DNA of 64,000 nt, taken from positions 67,518,001 through 67,582,000 of the forward strand of contig NC_043010.1 of NCBI RefSeq assembly GCF_006345805.1, read 5' to 3'. This DNA comes from Octopus sinensis. Its lineage: Eukaryota. A model generated the notes under the pieces. It saw only the letters and a list, made by a program, of their open reading frames with translations, made no database searches and had not been told where the DNA came from. This document shows, piece by piece, positions 54,251-64,000 of this stretch. A program made the translations under genes and the position numbers. Every line of letters begins with the position of its first letter. The first letter of the stretch is position 1.

Positions 54251-54398
54251 AACACAAGGTTATAATTCTTCCGTTAAAAGTTACGATCGTCAGAATATGC
54301 AGCAACAATTTGCAGAAAATACCAAAATGTGAGAAAAAAAATAGACAAATTTCTTTGGTTCGACGGGAAGATTGCTGCTATCATGTGCCACCACCACC

Positions 54399-54453
<55 letters not shown>

Positions 54454-54925
54454 TACTACTACTACTACTACGACAGCTGCTGCTGCTGCCGCTGCTTTTG
54501 ATTCTGTTTTTATTTAATGATGATAATGATGATAATAAACCTATATCTGATAAAATTCCTGTCTATGAGCCCTCATATCTATATACTATAATAAAGAAAG
54601 CTGCTTACTAATTAGTTTGGAATATGTAATGTTTACAAAAAAAAAAAAAAAAAAGAGAAGCAATTATTAAAGTCTATGTAGTCTAGAAAAAATTTATAAA
54701 TTCCAATTTGATTTTTTCTTTTTTTTTTTGCATCGAAACGTGGTTTTCAAAATTCTGTTATGCTTGAGAGTTTCAATTTCAAAACTATATTTAGTTGACT
54801 GCGACATAGTTATCTTACAGTGTGAGATGGCATTTTTTAATGCCTCTGTTTATATTTTGGCATAACTGCAGAAATGTGTCCACCCTGAATTTTTTCTGCA
54901 TAACTTTTTGAAAAATAGATATTTT

Positions 54926-55744
54926 CAAATGAAAATGTTTACAAATACTTTTCAAAAATGGCGTAGATTTTAAGGTCAAATGGTTTTGGCGAAGAGTAAA
55001 TAATCTAATGAAAAGAAGACAAAGAAAATTCTTAAACGCACCTTTAATTATTATTTACAATTCTTTCCGTACCATCTCCATTTGCAACACCAGTTTACGC
55101 GAAAATTCTAAAAGAAAAATCACGTAATATTTGCGGTTGTGTGTTTATGAGCGAAACACATAAGCTCCACGCGTCTCCAGCAGAAGGTAATGGCGAACTT
55201 CTGCTGACTCTTTCGCCACAACTTTCTCTCACTCTTTCCTCTTGCATCTTACAGCTCACCTGCGACGAACCGGCGGCCCGTCCAGGTGGGGAACCTATAC
55301 GCCAAGGAGATCGGGAAACCGGCCCTTATGAGCCAGGCGAGGCTTGAGAAGGAACAAACAATATATTACATTTGACAGATTTATATGAATACTAAATATG
55401 TTTTCAGGAAAATGTGTAAAAAAACAATTTGCCGACCAAATTTTACAATAGAATGTCTTATATAATTAGAGAGGCTCACCATCAGACTTGCCTCAAAGGG
55501 GTGTTTTTATATTGTGCTTCCTTCAGATCTAAAACCACAAATATTACGTGATTTTTCTTTTAGAATTTTCGCGTAAACTGGTGTTGCAAATGGAGATGGT
55601 ACGGAAAGAATTGTAAATTATAATTAAAGATGCGTTTAATAATTTTCTTTGTCTTCTTTTCATTGGATTATTTACTCTTCGCCAAAACCATTTGACCGTA
55701 AAATCTACGCCATTTTGAAACGTATTTGTAAAAATTTTCATTTG
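54926..55744. mobile_element. Fold-back element with inverted arms of about 212 bp (54926-55138 and 55533-55744) around a spacer containing a SINE-like fragment
   Basis: The arms are reverse complements with scattered substitutions. Confidence 0.75.
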
Positions 55745-56026
55745 CATGTATGTATGTATGTATGTATGTATGTATGTATGTATGTATGTATGTATGTGTG
55801 TATGTATGTGTGTGTATGTGTGAGTGTGTATGTATATGTATGTGTGTGTGTGTGTGTGAGTGATTCTTTGCGACTGACGGCAGAAAAAGCCCACCTGTGA
55901 ACAATTGCTGTCAACATACCCCTTCTCTCCTTAAAGCTACATATTCCTCACACCAACCTTTCTTTCCCTTTTTCGGAGTTTTAAAAGTTACTTATGTGTA
56001 CGTGCATGTGTGTGTGTGTATGTGTG

Positions 56027-56077
<51 letters not shown>

Positions 56078-56458
56078 CATGTATCTATTATTTACGAAAG
56101 TAGGTATGCAGCACCGCGTGTATATCTCTGTATGACAGCTGTATTAACGTTACCAACCCACTGATATTCCATATTTGTCGTTTACACAACTTTGTTCTCC
56201 CTTTCCTTGATATCAGCCACACTCACTATGCCACCACATTTCCCTCACACTGACACTCTTGCACCCTTCTCATATTATCAAAGAATAGTCTAACCCCGCT
56301 AGGGGCTCCATTATAGATTTTTATTGAAATCCAAGCAGCCTATAATTCAACTGGATGTTAGTTTAACTTGTATGCAAAGTTTCGTCAAGACTGGTTCACT
56401 GGTGTAGGCAGCAAGATGGTAACAGACAGAAAGACAGAAATTGCAATTAATGTATGGG

Positions 56459-56510
<52 letters not shown>

Positions 56511-56564
56511 CATAAATATGATCACATCACAAACGATTCGAGCCACTGTTTCTCTGCATTGAGA

Positions 56565-56820
56565 GGTTAGAGTCCAGTGCTACGGGTATGAGATTAGGAT
56601 GTCACAGAAAAAAGAATTGCAAGATGGATTCTTCAAGTTGAGCCAGCCGGCAAGAGACTTAAAGGTATACCAAGAACGAAATGGTTGGATGGTATCTATA
56701 GTTTCAATTAGCCGGAAAGTCTAATAATGAAGACTGCTTCTGATAGGACTCTTCTATGGAAGAGATGCCTGAGGACCCTACCTTCTCGGTTCTGCCATGA
56801 ATAGTAGACGGAGAAGATGG
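56565..56820 (+). mobile_element. RTE-clade LINE 3' end ending in a (GGAT)n tract
   Basis: Frameshifted YGYEIRMSQ / RIARWILQVEPAGKRLKGIPRTKWLDGIY matches the RTE G.R.RGRP...W.D.I motif; the (GATG)n array follows to about 57210. Confidence 0.7.
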
Positions 56821-56828
56821 ACGGATGG

Positions 56829-56864
<36 letters not shown>

Positions 56865-56876
56865 ATAGACGGATGG

Positions 56877-56944
<68 letters not shown>

Positions 56945-56952
56945 ATGGATGG

Positions 56953-56988
<36 letters not shown>

Positions 56989-57303
56989 ATGGATGGATGG
57001 ATGGATGGATTGGTAGATAGGCGGGTGAATGGACGGATGAATGGTTGGCTGGCTGGATAAATGGATGGATGGATGGATGAATGGATGGATGGATGGATGA
57101 ATGGATTGGTAGATAGGCGGGTGGATGGTTGGCTTGCTGCCTGGTTGGCTGGCTGGATAAATGGATGGATGAATGGATGGGTGGATGAATGGCTGGACGG
57201 GTGGATGGATGGGAGTGGCAACTTATTTTATCAATTCCGTCGAGATATGAGACTGGAGGGCAGAAAGTGAGACAGAGAGAGAGAAAAGAGGCTATGAGTG
57301 TGC

Positions 57304-57356
<53 letters not shown>

Positions 57357-57686
57357 AGAAAACTAAGCACCCACATCGTTCTGTTATTTCTATCCCCTTC
57401 AGTTCGTCCAAGACTTATGAATCATATCAAGACTTCAATTTATTTTTCTGTTCCTCTCTAACATACAATCTCTTAATCCTTCATATTACTTCCACGTTTC
57501 TATCCCCTCCGTGATTCAGTCTTCTGTAATCTGATCTACTCTCCTATCAATTACTCCTTATACTCTTTCGAACTCCCTATTTGCCCTGTTCTACTTGTAA
57601 TTTCCAATCTGCTCCTCTTTCTCTGAACCATCTTTATTGCTACGCTCTTGTCTGTCTGTCTGTCAGTCTGTCTATTTGTCAGTCTC

Positions 57687-57737
<51 letters not shown>

Positions 57738-58044
57738 ACGTTCCCCCCCCCTGTATTTCAGCCTGACTCGCTTCCCTTGCCACGTATCTTATCTCTCCTC
57801 TTGTTTATCAATTTGAAATGCGTGCGCCACCGCCTCTACCGATATCCTCACTGACATTCGCTCTCACCTCACAACCGCCGTGGTCACCGACATTGCCTAT
57901 GCCACCACCACCACCACCACTTTCACTTTCACTTCAACCACCCTATATGTGGGTGTATGTGTGTATGTGTGCATGTGTGTGTGTGTGTGTGTCCCCTCCA
58001 CCATTATCTGTCTATCTCTCTGTTTGTGTCTATATGTGTGTGTG

Positions 58045-58263
58045 TACTATACTCTCTTTTACTCTTTTACTTGTTTCAGTCATTTGACTGCGGCCATGCT
58101 GGAGCACCGCCTTTTAGTCGAGCAAATCGACCCCGGGACTTATTCTTTGTTAGCCCAGTACTTATTCTATCGGTCTCTTTTGCCGAACCGCTAAGTGACG
58201 GGGACGTAAACACACCAGCATCGGTTGTCAAGCAATGCTAGGGGAACAAACACAGACACACAA

Positions 58264-58294
<31 letters not shown>

Positions 58295-58470
58295 CACATA
58301 TATACGACAGGCTTCTTTCAGTTTCCGTCTACCAAATCCACTCACAAGGCATTAGTCGGCCCGCGGCTATAGCAGAAGACACTTGCCCAAGATGCCACGC
58401 AGCGGGACTGAACCCGGAACCATGTGGTTGGTTAGCAAGCAACTTACCACACAGCCACTCCTGCGCCTAT
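58045..58470 (-). mobile_element. tRNA-derived composite SINE
   Basis: Same family as 47385. Confidence 0.8.
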
Positions 58471-58587
58471 ATACACACATACACATACACACCCTCGATT
58501 GACTGCGCCCTTCCCTTCAATACATTGGCTGTGTGCTTAGTCAAAAGAAACTATATTATTATTCGAACTCCTCGTAGCACTTCTACA

Positions 58588-58740
<153 letters not shown>

Positions 58741-58787
58741 TATTATTATAATACTATCATTATGTATGTATGTATGTATGTATGTAT

Positions 58788-59182
58788 GCAGATGGGAAGG
58801 GTCTTCCTTTGATGCTGACATGCAATGTCTGTGCAAGACCCTGCCTCAGTAAAGCTGAACTCAAGAGTCATCTTCGTAGTCATAGAACGAGACTGATGAG
58901 TGACAACCTGGCCACTGGTGGTGGTGTAACACACCATACTAATCATATCTGTCGGGCATGTGGAAGTGAGTGTAATTCGACAGGAGGACTTAAACGACAT
59001 GCCAAGGTACATGAAGCCCAGTTACAACTACAGCCGGCTATTACCGGTAAAGGTATTTGTTGCCAATTCTGTACAAGACATTGTAGGTCTTTAGCTGGGC
59101 TAAAAAGTCACATTCGATCACAGCACCAGTAACAGTTAAGCTTCGTGCAATGGCCATACTCGATAACGAGGGGGCAGCCATA
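58788..59182 (+). mobile_element. Probable RTE-type LINE 3' end encoding three intact C2H2 zinc fingers
   Basis: Open frame to a stop at 59132 with CNVC-x12-H-x3-H, CRAC-x12-H-x3-H and CQFC-x12-H-x4-H. It ends in GGCCATACTCGATAACGAGGGGGCAGCCATAATGTATG, like the 42.2 kb RTE end, and (TATG)n lies on both sides. Confidence 0.65.
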
Positions 59183-59632
59183 ATGTATGTATGTATAGGT
59201 ATGTATATATGTATGTATGTACGTATATGTCCCTCCCCCACCATCATTATCTATGCATACACACAATTGCCATTTCAGCTTTAAATGTTTAGTGTCTTTA
59301 AAAAGAGCCTAGGCCGATAAAGTCGCGTTTTCCGTTCCAGTTTTTCACCTTGTTAAAAATCTGGATGAATTCTTATATTTATCAGAGTCGTAACTCTCAG
59401 TTTTCACACCCACGCCGGTCAGCCTGTCCCGACGTTGATTTGTACGAGTATTCATTGATGGGTATCTCTGATAATGGACAGTAAAATCCTTGAAATACTT
59501 AACGTATTTTGGTAAATTCGTTATAACATCGAAAATAAGTTATAAACTTTTGGAATATATACACATACAAACATATATATATATATAAGTAAATAAATGG
59601 AGTTGAACGCAGGTATTATTCAAATTCATTTA

Positions 59633-59718
59633 CTTTCGACATATGTTTCGAAGACAACATTGGTTTTATTCCAAAGGAATAAGCGGTGTAAAATATTGTA
59701 ATCTTCTCATTAGGAAAG
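59633..59718 (-). ncRNA. Type I hammerhead ribozyme-like fold with long stem II (core G5A)
   Basis: Minus strand reads CTTTC-CTAATGA-GAAG...CTTC-GAAAC-ATAT-GTC-GAAAG. Confidence 0.65.
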
Positions 59719-59851
59719 AAAGGGAACCTATCTCAACAAGTTCGCTACATCCTTGTTACTTGCGTGAATTTTGCTACCCTGCTAACTGTTTATTGAATTT
59801 TCCGTGTTAACTGTAAACAAAGGATAATTCATTCATCCATTTATATATATT

Positions 59852-59882
<31 letters not shown>

Positions 59883-60459
59883 CACACACATATATATATA
59901 TATATAAAGTTTGAGAAATGCTGGTAAGAAGACACGTAAAATATGTAAGATGTCAATAAAGGAAAGCAATATGAAAAGATATTGCTTTAGCTTGCAGAAA
60001 TTGTTCAATGAGCTTATAATATTTCGGGAAAGATTCCCCTTTTCAAATATAAGAATGAGAAAAAAAATAATCAAGGAGCTTGAATAAAATACATTACGGT
60101 AATTAGTTACGTTCCTTTCTTTTCTGAATTTTAAATCAGGCCGAAGTGTCTTTGCTTTTCCTCCTTCAAGAATCAATAAAATAATATACCAGACAAATAC
60201 TGAAGTTGGTATTAATATAATCGCCCGTTTGCATCTCACAAAATTTGCGGTCTTTTACCTACGTTTAAAAATAAATAGTGGTAAGAAGCTTGCTTCCCAA
60301 CGTCATGGTTCCGGGTTCGGTTCCATTGCGTGACACCTTGGAAAAGTCTCTTCTACTATAGCCTCGGGCTGACCAAAGCCTTGGGGAGTAGCTGGGAGAT
60401 GGAAACTAAAAGAAGCTCGTCGAATAATATATATATATATATATTATATATATATATAT

Positions 60460-61040
60460 AAAGGGCTTAGTAAAATAAATTACTTTGCCGCATACTGAAC
60501 TCATTAGAAATAGCAGCTAAAAAACTTTTTTAAGGCTATTTCTAATACTTAAAGAAAATCTCTCTCATATATAGTGTTTGCATAATTCAACTCACAAAAG
60601 TTTGGGGGTAAGGACATCGAAAAATCAAATGCTAAGGTTATTCGAGAACGTACGTTTCAAGATTAGTCAAAACAACATTTCTATCATCGGCTCGGAATTC
60701 CTTGGTTTGGATTTGGAAACACTGAAAATAAGAACATACCCTTTCGAAGATCTTCGAAAGGGTATGTTCTTATTTTCAGTGTTTCCAAATCCAAACCAAG
60801 GAATTTCCGAGCCGATGATAGAAATGTTGTTTTGACTAATCTTGAAACGTACGTTCTCGAATAACCTTAGCATTTGATTTTTCGATGTCCTTACCCCCAA
60901 ACTTTTGTGAGTTGAATTATGCAAACACTATATATGAGAGAGATTTTCTTTAAGTATTAGAAATAGCCTTAAAAAGTTTTTTAGCTGCTATTCTAATGAG
61001 TTCAGTATGCGGCAAAGTAATTTATTTTACTAAGCCCTTT
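60460..61040. repeat. Spacer-less palindrome of about 580 bp centred at 60750/60751
   Basis: Arms of about 290 bp are reverse complements; centre CTTTCGAAGA|TCTTCGAAAG; TA-rich flanks. Confidence 0.95.
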
Positions 61041-61140
61041 TATATAATGTAATAATTGAATTCGCCTTGAATGGTCCCTTTGCATACTGAACACTTGGTG
61101 AAATTGATTAATAATTAATTAATTTTGCCCTCAATTGTTG

Positions 61141-61218
<78 letters not shown>

Positions 61219-62749
61219 CCTATGTGTGTCTTTGTGTCCGTGTTCGTCCAACCACCTCCATAACTTTGCAGTTTGGCTGTATGTATGCAAGCATGACTGT
61301 ATGTATGTATGTATGTACTACGTATGTATGTATATGTATGTATGTTTGTGTGTATGCATGAATGTGTATGTGTGTGTGTGAGTGTCCGTGTCTGTATGTA
61401 TATATATATGTATCTATGTGTATGTTTGTGCTTGTGTCCCACCGCCGTTTGACAACCGATATCGGTTTGTTTACGTTCACATAATCTAGCCATTCGACGA
61501 AAAGAAACCCGATAGAATAAGTAGCAAGTTTTTTTTAAAAATAAATACTGGGGTGAATTTGTTCGACTAAATTCTTCAAGGCAGTGCCCCAGCAAGGCCG
61601 CAATCCAATGACTGAAACAAGTAAAAAAGATGTGTTTGTGTGTGGTATGAAGTTTAACAAGTAGCTCAAGAGACTTAAAGATATTATAATTAATTATTAT
61701 AATTAAGAAACACACAAAAGCCTTGTGAAATTCAGCTACTCGGGGTTTCCTGGCCGAAATAGTAAATTTATTTTTCCATTTTTTGAAGCTGTTAATGCCA
61801 ACGAGACGGTTTAGTAAAATGCATTCTGATAAAAAACGAATTTTGAGTGAACAGACGTATTTTGAATTGTCTTTTCTGAAACCTCTACTTGAACTCATGT
61901 CAACATCGGTTGACCACTTCTTTCTGTTGAAATAAATAAGTATAGTAACCCCCAAACAAGTCCGTTGTATTACCAAGCAACCCTGTGTATTGTCTAGACG
62001 GAACAAAAAACATACTACGTTTGGTGAATGCCGTTGAAACACCATATTTGTTTCTTCGTTTTTCTTTGTAAAACTAGCGAGAACAAGTTTCGTCTTGTCA
62101 CCTTATATGGTAAAGTGAAGCTTAAATTAATAGAAATTGTCTAAGACAAATATATAGCTCTGTCATCGATTTAACAGTATAATAGACTTTTTATAATTTT
62201 GAACAAACCTAAATCAAGTAATCATTTGATTTTTTAAAACAAATATACTGCATATTATTATTTCAAATGGCTTGGAGATATTTATTTTCCATAGATCGAA
62301 AGACCAGATTAATCAGAATACGATCGTGAAAGAAAATTACATAATTGTCAAATAAACGGAGAAAAACTGAATGTTATTTACTGTAAAAAAAAAAATCATC
62401 TACATAATTCTTTACAATAAGCAGTCATTTTTCTTTTATAAACACGATCAAACAAGATGTAAAATAGCTCGTGAATGAAGTAGTCCCTCTACCACAGCCA
62501 TCCAAACTGTTAGAAATAGCAGATATAGTTCCTTCATAAATAACAATTATGATATTTAAATACTGAATAATGTATTCCTTGATATACAAAAGAACGGGAT
62601 GGTCACAGTTGGAAAATATGTCACCACGACAACGATGACAAAGTTAAAAAATACGAGAACGAAAATGTTTCAGTAAACACTTTAATGGAAAAAATACGAA
62701 ATCTTCATCAGTGTAGATTAAAGTTCTGAGGCTTTTTAGTTGACAAATT

Positions 62750-63171
62750 GGATCTTTTCGGTTTGAACGGCAGTTTTTAAAAATAATTTCCACGTAACTA
62801 AACACTTTTAAACTTCGTATATTGGTAGAATGTGTTTATAAAACATCTTTTTCTCTTGGCTTTATTGAGAAAATTCTATGGTTTGTAAGATATTTGTTGT
62901 TTTTTTTCTTCAATTTTTTTGCAATTTCAACCAATCAATGACGTCTATATGAGGTAAAAACATTCTGTGCCGTATGAATATGTCCCTCGTTTAAGAAACA
63001 GATTGGATTTATTTACATTTGTGAAGAAAAAATATACCCTTCCCCTCATCCTAACTAACCCTAACCCTAAAACAGATTGAAATGCAATAGATCGATACTA
63101 GGGCCATAATTATGGGTGATAATTTCATATGACACCTCTAGAAAAAACTGCCGTTCAAACCGAAAAGATCC
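62750..63171. mobile_element. MITE with 28-bp TIRs and a perfect 8-bp TSD
   Basis: GACAAATT|GGATCTTTTCGGTTTGAACGGCAGTTTT ... AAAACTGCCGTTCAAACCGAAAAGATCC|GACAAATT. Confidence 0.9.
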
Positions 63172-63354
63172 GACAAATTTCTTTCAGCGATAATGGCATA
63201 ACTGTTTCATTTTTTAAAGGTTTTTCGGGGGGCTGTGGATTCAGTTTATGCAAAAGTTGTGCATTGGCAATGTATTTCATGCATTCCGTGCACAATCTAC
63301 AAATGTATGTGGGTGCAGTTACATCCCTTTACGGTGGCTGTTTAAAATAGCTCG

Positions 63355-63368
63355 CCACTAGATGGCAC
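63355..63368 (+). promoter_or_regulatory. CTCF consensus motif
   Basis: CCACTAGATGGCAC fits CCASYAGRKGGCRS at every position, in non-repetitive and relatively CpG-rich sequence. Confidence 0.55.
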
Positions 63369-63494
63369 AAAAAGCGCATAAGGTTCGGATCAGACGTTAG
63401 GCCCTGGCACTTCCACTTTCGTGACTAGACGTCGCAGAGCAAAGACATGACCTAGCTATCTCTCGCATACCGGCGGCAGCGAGCAGATGAGGTT

Positions 63495-63576
63495 ATGCAG
63501 AAGATGAACGTGTTCCTTTCATCAAACTTTTTTCCATTATTATTCAATTTGTATATATTTGAGACCGAGAGTACAG
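63495..63576 (+). CDS. Candidate first coding exon with a signal-peptide-like sequence
   Basis: MQKMNVFLSSNFFPLLFNLYIFETEST(G) followed by an AG|GTATTT phase-1 donor; no downstream exon is visible in the window. Confidence 0.3.
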
Positions 63577-63710
63577 GTATTTAAAGTTGCAGTTTGTTCT
63601 ATGAATCCTTTGCACAGTGTTTCTTTGTCGAATGACCTATTACAGCCTTCTGAACAGAGTCATCGTTAGATGGTTTCAACCTGAAAATACCACCATCTAA
63701 ATGTACATAA

Positions 63711-64000
63711 TAAGCAGTATCGCCCGGCGTTGCTCGGGTTTGTAAGGGAAATAACTATAAAGCATTTTTAGAGAGTTATAGCCAAAAAATAGCAAAAAAA
63801 TGCATTCAAAATGGAAAAAATATGATGGTAAATTTTTTTTTAAATCGTTGACTCATCGTTGACATTTTTAGAGAGTTACTTCCCTTTAAAAAATATGCCT
63901 TAAAATGGAAAAAAATGATGGTAAATTATTTTTAAAATCGTAGACTCATCGTAGACGCGTGCTAATACCCAGAAGGGCTCGATATGAATCACGACTATAA
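63711..64000 (-). mobile_element. Helitron-like element, reverse copy of 22605-22996 (runs off the window)
   Basis: Highly similar to the reverse complement of about 22700-22996; the 3' CTAG is altered. Confidence 0.8.

Noticed and set aside
50265-54501. Very long H/T and C/V ORFs (up to 701 aa)
   Set aside because: (CA)n/(GT)n-derived sequence lacks stops by composition.
60578-60924. Pair of 85-aa ORFs on opposite strands
   Set aside because: Mirror images produced by the palindrome; no recognisable protein.

Overview
Repeat-dense, AT-rich animal genomic DNA. The SINE and MITE families resemble those I recall from octopod (Octopus) genomes; this is an inference, not a database match. The only protein-coding gene I can support well is the 3' end of a flavin polyamine/spermine oxidase (SMOX/PAOX-like) on the + strand. 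It has three exons (4874-4999, 6422-6539, 8354-8557), and the first carries a 1-nt frameshift that may be an assembly error. The rest is mostly tRNA-derived SINEs, RTE LINE fragments, a Penelope-like GIY-YIG remnant, mariner/DD37D remnants, non-autonomous DNA elements (TTAA, 8-bp and 9-bp TSD types), Helitron-like elements and very long microsatellites. Nearly all ORFs in the supplied track are repeat-derived noise. The most unusual observations are: several minus-strand hammerhead-ribozyme folds; a spacer-less palindrome of about 580 bp; a near-identical 214-bp inverted duplication around a 1.1-kb (TTA)n tract; an RTE tail with three intact C2H2 fingers; a pre-miRNA-like hairpin; and a CTCF motif followed by a possible signal-peptide first exon near the right end. 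All folds and alignments were done by eye.
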